64,000 nt of DNA, taken from the NCBI GenBank assembly GCA_964525495.1, contig CAZGHS010000003.1, positions 52,022 to 116,021 of the forward strand, given 5' to 3'. Below are positions 27,663 through 37,390 of the stretch, piece after piece (position 1 is the stretch's first letter; each line of letters opens with the position of its first letter). Below the pieces are notes generated by a model. The model saw only the letters and a list, made by a program, of their open reading frames with translations, had not been told where the DNA came from and searched no databases. The position numbers and the translations under genes were made by a program. This stretch comes from an uncultured Gammaproteobacteria bacterium (GTDB lineage: Bacteria > Patescibacteriota > Microgenomatia > JALYQM01).

Positions 27663-28865
27663 ATGCAAAACCTTACAAAACTTCTTGAACGTGGTACAGA
27701 TACAATTTATCCTTCACGAGATTTTCTTGAAAAAAAACTCCAAGAGGATAAACCTTTAAAAGTTTATCTTGGTGTGGATCCGACTGGAGAATTACAGTTG
27801 CATCATGCTATACCTTTATTTAAATTGCGGCATTTTCAGGAGCTTGGGCATAAGATTTATATATTGATTGGAAGTTTTACTGCAACAATTGGTGATCCAA
27901 CTGGTAAAACAAAGACCCGAGTGCCTTTAACAAAGGATCAAGTTTTAGAGAATGCTCGTAATTATGCTAAATACGCCGCTAAAATTTTAGATTTTGAGAA
28001 GAATGCGCCAGAAGTGGTTTATAACGGAGACTGGCTAGAGAAATTAACCTTTAAGGAGGTTGTGGAACTTGCATCACACTTTACTGTGCAGCAAATGATG
28101 GAGCGGGATATGTTCCAGGAGCGCATGGCTGCTAACTTGCCCATCGGTTTACACGAATTTCTATATCCATTGATGCAGGGGTATGACAGCGTTGCTCTTG
28201 GCGTTGATGTTGAGATAGGTGGTACTGATCAGACATTTAATATGTTGGCTGGAAGAAAATTGATCGAAGCATATACTGGTAAAGAAAAAGCAGTCCTAAC
28301 GGTTCCTTTGTTGACTGACGCTAGTGGAAAGAAGATGAGTAAGAGTGATGGGACAGGCATTCCTTTAGATACTACTGCTGAGGATATGTTTGGAAAAATA
28401 ATGTCTTTGCCTGATTCGTTTATAGTAAATATGTTCGTGCAGTGCACCGATATGTCTACAGAAGAAATCTTTGAGGTTAAAGGTGCGATCGAGAGTGGGG
28501 AAAATCCAATCGATTATAAAAAGCGATTGGCTTTGAACATAGTTTCTCGTTTTTATGGGGATGAAGCAGGAGTGGACGCACAGCAACGGTTCTTGTCTGT
28601 TGTACAGAATCAGGAGTTGCCTCACGATATTCCAGAGTGGACCATCGATCCTGGACTCTATGAGATATCCGATCTGATTTTTATAGTAGGACTAGTTGAG
28701 AGTAAAAGTGATGCGCGTCGCATGGTACAGCAGGGTGCGGTATCATTGTATGAGCAAGATAAGGAGCAACGTGTTATGGATCCTCGAACTTTTATTGAAG
28801 TAAAGAACAAAATGATTTTGCGTGTTGGAAAAAGAAGATATATTCAGTTGTTAACAGGAAAATAA
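27663..28865 (+). CDS. tyrS: Tyrosyl-tRNA synthetase
   Basis: GVDPTGELQLHH (HIGH region), KMSKS present, C-terminal S4-like domain. 400 aa. Confidence 0.9.
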   Translation: MQNLTKLLERGTDTIYPSRDFLEKKLQEDKPLKVYLGVDPTGELQLHHAIPLFKLRHFQELGHKIYILIGSFTATIGDPTGKTKTRVPLTKDQVLENARNYAKYAAKILDFEKNAPEVVYNGDWLEKLTFKEVVELASHFTVQQMMERDMFQERMAANLPIGLHEFLYPLMQGYDSVALGVDVEIGGTDQTFNMLAGRKLIEAYTGKEKAVLTVPLLTDASGKKMSKSDGTGIPLDTTAEDMFGKIMSLPDSFIVNMFVQCTDMSTEEIFEVKGAIESGENPIDYKKRLALNIVSRFYGDEAGVDAQQRFLSVVQNQELPHDIPEWTIDPGLYEISDLIFIVGLVESKSDARRMVQQGAVSLYEQDKEQRVMDPRTFIEVKNKMILRVGKRRYIQLLTGK

Positions 28866-28957
28866 TATGGAATTTTTACAAAAGCATAGATGGTTGGTTG
28901 TGACGATAAGTGTTTTGTCGTTTTTAGCAATTGTACTAACCTCTGTTCTTTCAATGT

Positions 28958-31024
28958 TTGCTTATTAATATGCTTCGTCTGTCTGATACTCCTGATAAGA
29001 TTCCTCAGGTTGGCCCGGTAGTAGTGCGTAAATTGCATTCCCTCGGGATCAACTCTATTCGTGACCTCCTATTTTATTTTCCGTTCCGCTATGACGAATA
29101 CCTTCAAGATGCGCAATTGGGAACATTAGAGGAGGGGAGTAAGGTCTCAATTGTAGGAAAGTTGCAGTCGATTGAAAATATCTTTACTCGTTCCAAACGA
29201 AAATTCACCAAAGCGCTTTTTTATACTAATAACTCTTTAGTTTCAGTTGTATGGTTTAATCAGCCGTATTTAACAAAGTCTCTCCATGCTGGCGAAGCAT
29301 ATAGGCTGACAGGGAAGGTGGGTAATTTCGGCGGTGTTCCGACATTGGTATCTCCAGAGCGAATACGGGCATCTGAATCAGAAATGAGTAGTACTACACC
29401 TGCTTCTTCTGAAATAAAAAAAGGTGAACCTATTGGTGTATACAGTGAAACAGCTGGACTTGCGTCGCGAAAGATTCGAGACATGATTACATATGTATGG
29501 AAGAATGTTGAGACTTTTCCTGAAGAGTATTTGCCGGGAAGTATAATGCGAAATCGTGAGTTGGTGTCACTTAAAGAAGCGATGCGCATGATGCATTTCC
29601 CGCGTAGTTTAAATGAACCAGAGAAAGCTCGTGCGCGGTTTGGCTATGAAGAAATGTATTTTTCGCAGCTTCGCTCAGTGATGCTTCGCCATCGTTGGCA
29701 AAATAACACCTTGGTATTTCGACTCTCTATAGATGCCTATAAAAAAGAGATTGACGAACTTATTCATAGTTTGCCTTTTGTTCTGACTGGTGGTCAGCAG
29801 CAAGCCGTGCAGGAAATCTTGCAGAATATGGCTGCACCTATCCCTATGAACCGATTACTAGAGGGTGATGTGGGAAGCGGAAAGACTGTTGTTGCGGCTA
29901 TCGCCATGTATGCTGCCTATTTAAATGGATACAAAAGTCTTCTGATGGCCCCAACACAGATTCTTGCAACACAGCATTTTTTGACTGTTCAGCGTGTTTT
30001 GGAGCCTTTGGGTGTAGGTGTGACTTTGGTTGTAAGTGGAAACAAGAAGGAACGTGCGGCGGGTGATATTTATATTGGTACACAGGCACTCCTTCATCAA
30101 AAAGAGCTTCTCGATAAAGTTGCTCTGACCATTATTGACGAGCAGCATCGGTTTGGCGTAGAGCAGCGGGCTTCGCTGCGGTCCAAGCATGGAATGACAC
30201 ATGTTTTGTCTATGACAGCGACTCCTATCCCGCGTACTTTAGCGCTTACACTGTATGGTGACTTGGATTTGTCATTAATTAATGAGATGCCTGCCGGAAG
30301 GAAACCAATTAAAACAAGAGTTGTAACGGGCAATAAGCGTGAAGAGGCTAATGAGTGGATCCGAAAGTTTATAAAAGAAACAGGGGAACAGGTTTTTATA
30401 GTGTGCCCATTTGTGGAGCCTTCCGAATCTTCGACTAGTATTAAGTCTGCTGTATCAGAGTATGACCGTTTGCGTACCAAAGTTTTTCCTGATCTGACAA
30501 TCGGTTTGCTACACGGCAAGCTCAAGAGTGCAGAAAAGGATACTATTCTGGCTGACTTTCGAGTGAGGAAGTATCAGATTTTGGTTTGTACTCCTGTGGT
30601 GGAGGTCGGAATAGATATTCCTAATGCTTCTATTATAGTCATAGAGTCAGCTGAGAGGTTTGGGCTGGCCCAGCTTCACCAGTTTCGAGGTAGGGTAGGT
30701 CGAGGAGGACAACAGGCATTTTGTTTGCTGTTTACCTCAGAGGAGCAGCAGGGAGACCTGCGTCGGCTGCAGGCGCTTGAGGAGACAGAATCCGGAATAG
30801 ACCTTGCTGAGCTTGATTTGCAGTATCGGGGATCTGGAAATATTTTTGGATTTGCACAGTCGGGACGTTCGTTCTTTAAATATGCCGATCTTTTTAATAT
30901 ACTTTCTATACAACAAGCTAAAGAGGACGCTCAGGAGACCTTGAAAGAGAGTCCAGATTTGTATTTGTATCCTGCATTAAAGGAACGTATTTCTCAGGAT
31001 ACAGAGGGTATAGAGGCGAATTGA
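28958..31024 (+). CDS. recG: ATP-dependent DNA helicase RecG
   Basis: Wedge domain N-terminus; helicase motifs GDVGSGKT and DEQHRFG; TRG motif region. Confidence 0.9.
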   Translation: MLINMLRLSDTPDKIPQVGPVVVRKLHSLGINSIRDLLFYFPFRYDEYLQDAQLGTLEEGSKVSIVGKLQSIENIFTRSKRKFTKALFYTNNSLVSVVWFNQPYLTKSLHAGEAYRLTGKVGNFGGVPTLVSPERIRASESEMSSTTPASSEIKKGEPIGVYSETAGLASRKIRDMITYVWKNVETFPEEYLPGSIMRNRELVSLKEAMRMMHFPRSLNEPEKARARFGYEEMYFSQLRSVMLRHRWQNNTLVFRLSIDAYKKEIDELIHSLPFVLTGGQQQAVQEILQNMAAPIPMNRLLEGDVGSGKTVVAAIAMYAAYLNGYKSLLMAPTQILATQHFLTVQRVLEPLGVGVTLVVSGNKKERAAGDIYIGTQALLHQKELLDKVALTIIDEQHRFGVEQRASLRSKHGMTHVLSMTATPIPRTLALTLYGDLDLSLINEMPAGRKPIKTRVVTGNKREEANEWIRKFIKETGEQVFIVCPFVEPSESSTSIKSAVSEYDRLRTKVFPDLTIGLLHGKLKSAEKDTILADFRVRKYQILVCTPVVEVGIDIPNASIIVIESAERFGLAQLHQFRGRVGRGGQQAFCLLFTSEEQQGDLRRLQALEETESGIDLAELDLQYRGSGNIFGFAQSGRSFFKYADLFNILSIQQAKEDAQETLKESPDLYLYPALKERISQDTEGIEAN

Positions 31025-31096
31025 ATGCTACTTATTGCCATCTGGATGGTTTTTGTGTAGTATTATAGATATTATTTTGTGTATTGAGGAGAGTAT

Positions 31097-31216
31097 ATGG
31101 CACCGCTTCCTAAGAGAAGGCACTCAACACGTCGCCAAGGTAAGAGAACTTCGGCTATCGTACTTAAATTACGTAAGAAATTAGAGCATACTAAGACGTA
31201 TGTTCGTTCAAAATAA
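31097..31216 (+). CDS. rpmF: Candidate 50S ribosomal protein L32 (short, 39 aa)
   Basis: Not in the ORF track (under 60 aa). MAPLPKRRHSTRRQGKRTSAIVLKLRKKLEHTKTYVRSK resembles the L32 N-terminus MAVPKRRTSKxRK. GGAG RBS 6 nt upstream. Confidence 0.5.
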   Translation: MAPLPKRRHSTRRQGKRTSAIVLKLRKKLEHTKTYVRSK

Positions 31217-31224
31217 TTCTGCCC

Positions 31225-31602
31225 ATGAAAACACGTAACGACCCACGTCATCAAAAAAGAGAACATGCCATTCAGCTTTTGTATCAATGGGATTTTCGGA
31301 AAGATGTCCCGATTGATGCAGATATTTCTGAAATTATCTCAAAAATTGATGATATTGATACGTATATCAAAGAGTCGGCTACTCAATGGCCTTTAGAACA
31401 GGTAGCTCCAGTTGATCGAGCCATTCTCCGGTATGGTACGTGGGAGCTTATTTTTGCAGAAGGGAGACCTTCAGAAAAGGTTGTGATCGATGAGTCGATC
31501 GAATTAGCAAAAGAGTATGGTGGTGAAAATTCTCCTAGTTTTATAAATGGCGTGCTTGGTAGTATCTTAAAAAAGCACGGTACTGTTGTTCCGGAAGAAT
31601 AA
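31225..31602 (+). CDS. nusB: Transcription antitermination factor NusB
   Basis: RHQKREHAIQLLYQWDF; C-terminal ESIELAKEYGGENSPSFINGVLG. Confidence 0.85.
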   Translation: MKTRNDPRHQKREHAIQLLYQWDFRKDVPIDADISEIISKIDDIDTYIKESATQWPLEQVAPVDRAILRYGTWELIFAEGRPSEKVVIDESIELAKEYGGENSPSFINGVLGSILKKHGTVVPEE

Positions 31603-31605
31603 TAT

Positions 31606-32301
31606 ATGTTTCAAGACTTAATTAAGAAATTACAGACATACTCTGTAGATATTACTGATGAGTCTGTTTTAAAGCAGGCTTTTATTCATCGTTCGTATTT
31701 AAATGAAGTGCGAGATCGGGCGCTGACGAGCAATGAGCGACTTGAGTTTCTGGGTGATAGCGTTTTGTCCCTAATAGTTTCCCACTATTTGTATGTTAAG
31801 TTTCCTGATATCCCTGAGGGACAGCTTACGAACTATCGTTCGTCGGTAGTGAAGACAACCTCTTTGGCTATCAGCGCACGAGAGCTTGGTTTGGGGCAGT
31901 TCCTTCATATGGCAAAAGGGGAGTCAGACTCAGGTGGTAAAGAGAATCCTTCATTGCTCGCTGATACATATGAGGCTCTTTTGGGGGTTATTTATCTTTA
32001 CAAAGGGTTCGATACAGCTCGTGAGTTTGTTATAGGGACTCTTTTGATCCGATTGGATGAAATTATTGCGACTGGCAAATATCGAGATTATAAGAGCGTT
32101 TTCCAAGAAGTTGTTCAAGAAAAATATAGGATGTCACCGATTTATTCGGTTGTTTCTACGACAGGGCCTGACCACGCAAAGGAGTTCGAAGTAGCGGTCC
32201 TGGTGAACGACACTCGTTATGGTATTGGTAAAGGTAAAAGTAAACAGGAGGCAGAACAGATGGCAGCTCAGGCAGCACTTGACGCTTGGCCTCGAGCGTG
32301 A
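31606..32301 (+). CDS. rnc: Ribonuclease III
   Basis: ERLEFLGDSVLSLIVSHYLY RNase III signature and a C-terminal dsRBD. Confidence 0.95.
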   Translation: MFQDLIKKLQTYSVDITDESVLKQAFIHRSYLNEVRDRALTSNERLEFLGDSVLSLIVSHYLYVKFPDIPEGQLTNYRSSVVKTTSLAISARELGLGQFLHMAKGESDSGGKENPSLLADTYEALLGVIYLYKGFDTAREFVIGTLLIRLDEIIATGKYRDYKSVFQEVVQEKYRMSPIYSVVSTTGPDHAKEFEVAVLVNDTRYGIGKGKSKQEAEQMAAQAALDAWPRA

Positions 32302-32310
32302 TATCTTAGA

Positions 32311-32559
32311 TTGATTATGGCAACTACTATCAGATTATCCCGCGTTGGATCCACAAAAGAAGCACGTTATAGAATTGTTGTTGCACCTGTCCGCAGCAAA
32401 CGTGATGGCAAAGCACTTGATGTACTTGGGTGGTATGCACCTTTGTATGCTGAAACAAAGCAAGTGCAGCTTGATACAGAAAAATATGCTGCATGGGTGA
32501 AGAAGGGAGCTCTTCCTTCACGGACAGTTGCTTCACTTCATAAAAGAGTAACTCATTAA
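32311..32559 (+). CDS. rpsP: 30S ribosomal protein S16 (start more likely ATG at 32317)
   Basis: MATTIRLSRVGSTKEARYRIVVAPVRSKRDGKALDVLGWYAP. Confidence 0.9.
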   Translation: MIMATTIRLSRVGSTKEARYRIVVAPVRSKRDGKALDVLGWYAPLYAETKQVQLDTEKYAAWVKKGALPSRTVASLHKRVTH

Positions 32560-32577
32560 TTAAAAAAGGAGAGACCC

Positions 32578-32853
32578 ATGAAAGAACTATTAGTATATAT
32601 TCTCCGTTCTATCGTTGATTATCCAGACGAAGTTGTTATCGAAGAACAAGTTAAAGAAGACGGCTTTGTCGTACTCCTTGTCGCTGTTAACCAGGCTGAT
32701 ATGGGTAAGGTAATTGGACGTGAAGGTAAAATAATCAAAGCAATTCGAAGCTTGATTCGCGTTGTAGCAATCAGAGAAAATAAGAAAGTTTCTGTAGAAC
32801 TTAAAGATCAGAATGGTGAATCACCAAGTCCTGATGAAGAAACAACAGAGTAA
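32578..32853 (+). CDS. KH-domain RNA-binding protein (UPF0109/YlqC-like)
   Basis: VIGREGKIIKAIRSLIRV GXXG KH motif, in the usual position after rpsP. Confidence 0.8.
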   Translation: MKELLVYILRSIVDYPDEVVIEEQVKEDGFVVLLVAVNQADMGKVIGREGKIIKAIRSLIRVVAIRENKKVSVELKDQNGESPSPDEETTE

Positions 32854-32865
32854 TTGTTTTAAACA

Positions 32866-33561
32866 ATGAAGCTTTATTTTCTTTCAATATTTCCGCAATC
32901 GTTTAGTGAAATATTACAGACTAGTATTTTAGGGAGAGCCCTGAAAACTGGTCTGTTTTCGTACGAAATCGTCAACATTCGTGACTTTGCGTCAGATACT
33001 CATAGGAGTGTTGATGATAGCCCGTATGGTGGTGGTGCAGGTATGGTCATGCGTGCAGATATCCTAGAGAAGGCGTTGTTGTTTTGTTTTGAAAAAGAGG
33101 GTATTGATAAGGGATCGTACAATCGAGACGAGTACAATGTAGTTATTACTAGTGCGTCGGGACGGCCGTATATACAGGCGGACGCACAATCTTTCTCGAC
33201 ATACAAAGCACTGTTTGTCGTCTGTGGACATTATGAAGGAATTGATCAGCGCTTTATAGATATGTTTGCTGACTCAGTTCTCCGCATAGGCGACTATGTT
33301 TTGACTGGTGGTGAACTAGCTGCTCTTGTCATTGCAGATAGTATTATCCGACTTATCCCAGGTGCTCTCGGTTCTGATGAATCAATTGGAGAAGAGTCTT
33401 TTAGCTTGAAGGATGAAAACGGGCTTCTTTTAGAATATCCTCACTATACTCGGCCAGCTGTATTCAATGGCAAATCAGTTCCTGATGTTTTGCTAAGTGG
33501 CAATCATGCTGCTATAAAGGCCTGGCGCTTGGCGAAGTCTCAGGAGCTTCGGAAGGCGTAG
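32866..33561 (+). CDS. trmD: tRNA (guanine37-N1)-methyltransferase
   Basis: SPYGGGAGMVM, VVCGHYEGIDQRFID, SIGDYVLTGGELAA. Confidence 0.9.
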   Translation: MKLYFLSIFPQSFSEILQTSILGRALKTGLFSYEIVNIRDFASDTHRSVDDSPYGGGAGMVMRADILEKALLFCFEKEGIDKGSYNRDEYNVVITSASGRPYIQADAQSFSTYKALFVVCGHYEGIDQRFIDMFADSVLRIGDYVLTGGELAALVIADSIIRLIPGALGSDESIGEESFSLKDENGLLLEYPHYTRPAVFNGKSVPDVLLSGNHAAIKAWRLAKSQELRKA

Positions 33562-34291
33562 CGGTTGCACTTGGAACAGGCGTTGGATCTGGTGCTAGTG
33601 GAGATGCATCTCCTGTTGTACTTGCGACTTGATATGCGGTATATGTCTTAAGATTCTCATATACATCACGTTCTGCCTTTGTGAGCACTGGAACTTCCTC
33701 AGTTTCATCTCCGGGCTTAGCTGGTAGTGGTTGATAAAAAGTGTTCATGTTGAGAGTGACGGTAAGGGTACCATCGTTGTCAGCTGCTGTTGCCGACATA
33801 CTTATAGCTTCCATGTTAATTAAACGCTTACCTTTAACGATTTTTCCAAGAAAAGTTTTTAGTGACTCGTAGTTGCCTTGTATTCCTAAACTGATTGCAA
33901 CATCAGGCCCTGTTTTTGATGTTGGTGCACTGTCATTTACTAATTTGCCGGGAGTTAACTGTATTCCTTGAATTGCGACATCACTTTCCTGTGCAATGCG
34001 CTGCAATTGGATAATTAGTGCAGGAATATCTTTTTGTGTTGGGAGTGCAATATTAACATCGGTTAACTGAGCGAGTAAATCTGTGCGACTTTTTGATAAT
34101 GCATCTAAGGTTTCAATTTTTGTATCGAGCATTGTTTGCTTACTTTGCTCATCTGCAATTTGGGTTTGTGTTTGAAGAATATTTGCTATCTTAGGTTGAA
34201 CCCAGATCATAGCTATTGCTAGAACCACTAAAATTGAAATTACAGGTAAAACTAAATACAGACTTTTATTTAATGTTTTATTGTCTTTCAT
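33512..34291 (-). CDS. pilO: Type IV pilus assembly protein PilO-like (Pro/Thr-rich C-terminal tail)
   Basis: N-terminal TM, coiled coil, position after pilM-pilN. Overlaps the trmD 3' end convergently by 50 nt. Confidence 0.6.
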   Translation of the reverse strand: MKDNKTLNKSLYLVLPVISILVVLAIAMIWVQPKIANILQTQTQIADEQSKQTMLDTKIETLDALSKSRTDLLAQLTDVNIALPTQKDIPALIIQLQRIAQESDVAIQGIQLTPGKLVNDSAPTSKTGPDVAISLGIQGNYESLKTFLGKIVKGKRLINMEAISMSATAADNDGTLTVTLNMNTFYQPLPAKPGDETEEVPVLTKAERDVYENLKTYTAYQVASTTGDASPLAPDPTPVPSATATPSEAPETSPSARPL

Positions 34292-34851
34292 TGCTGTTCC
34301 TCAACTTTCTTTATGTTCATCGACAATGTGAATTGTAGCGTTCCATCTTTTGCTGTAGCTACGCTGCCTAGGTTGATGTCATCAAAGAATCGAGCTCCTT
34401 TTTCTTGATTTAGAATATTCCCAATGTAGTTATTAAAACTGGCAGAATCATTTGCTTTTCCACTTACTGCTACTTTTCTTGTTTTATCAATTGCGATGCT
34501 TTGAATTGAGATTCCTGAGTCAGGTAAAACTGACTGTAAGTTTTCGAAGTCTGCTTTGTAATCTTTTGCTTCAGCAATTATATTTCCAGATGCAGTAAGT
34601 TTTGCTTTAATACTACGCTGCATAAGTTCGACATCAGCATAGGTACGGACGGTTTCACGCAATTTATCATTTTCGGTTTGTAAGCCCTTTAGGACTTGTC
34701 CTAGAGTAATGTCTATTGTGAATGCACCGAGCAACGCAATAGCTCCGACGATAAGGATTGCTAAACTCGTTATCGTTAAAAGTTTTTGCCTTTTGCTCTC
34801 TTTCTCTTCATTAAGCGTAATGTCCGGCAATAAATTGATATCTTTGGCCAT
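34288..34851 (-). CDS. pilN: Type IV pilus assembly protein PilN
   Basis: KDINLLP N-terminus and a single TM. 4-nt overlaps with its neighbours. Confidence 0.7.
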   Translation of the reverse strand: MAKDINLLPDITLNEEKESKRQKLLTITSLAILIVGAIALLGAFTIDITLGQVLKGLQTENDKLRETVRTYADVELMQRSIKAKLTASGNIIAEAKDYKADFENLQSVLPDSGISIQSIAIDKTRKVAVSGKANDSASFNNYIGNILNQEKGARFFDDINLGSVATAKDGTLQFTLSMNIKKVEEQQ

Positions 34852-34859
34852 AGTTTCTC

Positions 34860-35894
34860 CTATAATTCTTTAAGTGCAAGTCCTACCGCTACTGAGTACA
34901 CTGGTGCATCTTCTCCGAGTTGAGCTTCGATGCTTGGGTCTTTTTTGATATTAAACCAAGGGTCGCCGATTTGCGCTTCGATTCCGAGGGCGTTTGCTAG
35001 GAAAATAAGGAAACCTGGTAGCTTTGCTGTACCACCTGATAACACAACACGCTTAACTTGATCATTTGTATTTCTTGATTGATAGAATCCTACTGCTTTT
35101 TTGATTTCATTAATTATCAATTCAAACGTAGGCTTGATTGCACTCATTACTTTTCCTTCTAGTTGATCTTCTACCAGCCCGTACATTTTTTTGTATTGAT
35201 CGGCTTGGTCAAATGCAATTCCTAAATCTGATGCTATTGCTCGAGTTAACACGTTCCCGCCGGATGCAATCGAACGGGTAAAACTCACCATGCCACCGCG
35301 AATAATACTTAGATCTGTACTCGTTGATCCAGTTGAAATGATCATTGTGGTAGGGGAGTATGGATTGTTTCCTACGAGCGATCGTGCTTGAGCAAGCATG
35401 TCTGTTTCCATTGCAATTGGTTTTAAATCTGCTTTTCGCAATATATTTGTATATTTATCAATAATTGTTAAAGGAGCTGCGACAAGCAAGATTTCTGTTT
35501 TGGTATTCTTTTCTTTGTCTCCTTTAGTAAGGATTTGCCATCGCAGAGACACTTCGTTAAGCGGACGAGGAATATATTGTTCGCTTTCAAATTGAATAGC
35601 TGTAGGAAGCTCTTTATCAGACATTGGAGGCATCTCGATAACACGAGTGAATATCTGTGACTCAGGGAGAGACACTACAACCTGATTTGTATTGACGCGC
35701 GTCTCTTTAACTAATCTTTTTATAATTTCTACAATTGCGTCTTTGTCAAAATCAGCTTCAGAGCTCATACCGTTACCGGGAGTAGGAGCTACTCCATATG
35801 CAATGAGTTTACTTGTTTGATTTTCTTTTTGGAGGTGTACTAATTTGATACTTGAATCACCAATATCAAGACCAAAAAAAACTTTGTTTGCCAT
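34860..35894 (-). CDS. pilM: Type IV pilus assembly ATPase-like protein PilM (actin fold)
   Basis: FFGLDIGDSSIKLV N-terminal actin-like motif. 344 aa. Confidence 0.8.
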   Translation of the reverse strand: MANKVFFGLDIGDSSIKLVHLQKENQTSKLIAYGVAPTPGNGMSSEADFDKDAIVEIIKRLVKETRVNTNQVVVSLPESQIFTRVIEMPPMSDKELPTAIQFESEQYIPRPLNEVSLRWQILTKGDKEKNTKTEILLVAAPLTIIDKYTNILRKADLKPIAMETDMLAQARSLVGNNPYSPTTMIISTGSTSTDLSIIRGGMVSFTRSIASGGNVLTRAIASDLGIAFDQADQYKKMYGLVEDQLEGKVMSAIKPTFELIINEIKKAVGFYQSRNTNDQVKRVVLSGGTAKLPGFLIFLANALGIEAQIGDPWFNIKKDPSIEAQLGEDAPVYSVAVGLALKEL

Positions 35895-35951
35895 TCGTAT
35901 TTCCTTTCTTCTTCTAATAGCATAGGTGAGTTAGTAAGGTAGTGTCAAGAT

Positions 35952-37388
35952 CTAGTAGGGAGTGTACTCTTTCCAGGTTATGGTTGTTGCAATACGCATT
36001 AATGACGTTAATGTTGTATTAAAGAACACACCCGGACTAAATACAATGCGTTCGGCGGGCGTTGTAAGGTTGTTTGAGTTACTTAAAGAGCGCGTGAGAT
36101 GAATTCCTTGGTTTGCAAATATGCTTCCGGTGATGAGTAGTTGATTACTGCTGTTGCCATTGTAAGAAGAGTCAAATTCTCCGTCGATAAAATAGATTCC
36201 GTCAGCTCTCGTTACAGAATTTCTAATACCTACGTTTCCTGAAACTATCCAAACAATATGACTTGATGGATGTAATTGTATATTTCCGTCAATAAAGAGG
36301 TCGCCATTTATGAACACAACGAGTGCAATGTTTTGAGCAGTAGATAATTGAGCAGGTATATAGGAGCTATTTACTGCTGTATCGTTGCCTATAAATACTG
36401 TCGAACCGAGTGTTGTGGGAATAGAAGAAGGGAAAGGTTGTGCTGAGCCTCCAAATTTATTGTAGAAGGTTGAATAGATGGATTGCGAGGTGATCTCGTA
36501 ATCTTTTATATTCCACCCCTGGGTGGAGGTGAAGTTGTTAATAGTATCAGTTGCGGTAATGACTATCCCTGTTGCAGCCGGTCCATTTTCTGTAAGCATG
36601 TCTATTGGTCCATTTGAATAAATATCTCCTCCTGATGTTTGTATCCACGGAGCCATAAGGGCATATTGTTTAGTGGATTGGAGTCCCGCCATGTCTTTGA
36701 CTCTTATTCTAATATATTTTGTCTCTGACCAATTGCTGTTGCAGTAGTCAGTGGAAGGAATAGTAATTGTGCCAGTGGGAGTACCAGGAGTACTTGGTGA
36801 AATACTGGCTGCCCTCCATTGATTGTCGTTCCATGTGGAGTTGCACTGCGTTAAATTTGAATAGTATCCCCAGGTACTACCACCATCAACGCTGTATTGA
36901 AATTCTGCTGATGTGTTATCTAAACCTGAGGTTACATCTGATACTGTGATGGAAATGGTGAAGGTGTGAGCATTACCCGAATTGGTTAGCGTAAAGTTTG
37001 ACCAGTTTTTAGGTGCGAGTAGGTCAATTTTATAATTAAATGTTTTGGTTGCTTCTGTTATATTGGCCGTGTCCTTTGCAAAAAAATTAAATACATGTTG
37101 GCCTTGCGCTATGAGTGTTCTTGTCGTGGGGTTAGACAAACTTACTGTCTGCGGATCACTATCTATCCAATGTGTGATTGATTCTACGGGACTAGTGCCT
37201 GGCGTGGCTGTTAGAGTAATAGGAACTGCACTAATATACCAACTATTGTTTCCCATTTCAGCTGATGCATCGATAGAGTAGTTAGTTGTGGGCGGTGATG
37301 CGGAGAAGGAATTTACCGGTATTAAGGCAAATAATATTAATAGTGTTCCTACTATTTTTAATGTCGTTTTTGTATGTAAATGTGACAT
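35952..37388 (-). CDS. Large secreted pilus-locus protein (candidate tip adhesin/PilY-like function)
   Basis: Signal peptide LKIVGTLLILFALIPVNSFSA; Ser/Thr/Asn-rich beta-type sequence. Sits between pilM and the PilX-like gene. Confidence 0.4.
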   Translation of the reverse strand: MSHLHTKTTLKIVGTLLILFALIPVNSFSASPPTTNYSIDASAEMGNNSWYISAVPITLTATPGTSPVESITHWIDSDPQTVSLSNPTTRTLIAQGQHVFNFFAKDTANITEATKTFNYKIDLLAPKNWSNFTLTNSGNAHTFTISITVSDVTSGLDNTSAEFQYSVDGGSTWGYYSNLTQCNSTWNDNQWRAASISPSTPGTPTGTITIPSTDYCNSNWSETKYIRIRVKDMAGLQSTKQYALMAPWIQTSGGDIYSNGPIDMLTENGPAATGIVITATDTINNFTSTQGWNIKDYEITSQSIYSTFYNKFGGSAQPFPSSIPTTLGSTVFIGNDTAVNSSYIPAQLSTAQNIALVVFINGDLFIDGNIQLHPSSHIVWIVSGNVGIRNSVTRADGIYFIDGEFDSSYNGNSSNQLLITGSIFANQGIHLTRSLSNSNNLTTPAERIVFSPGVFFNTTLTSLMRIATTITWKEYTPY

Positions 37389-37390
37389 TG

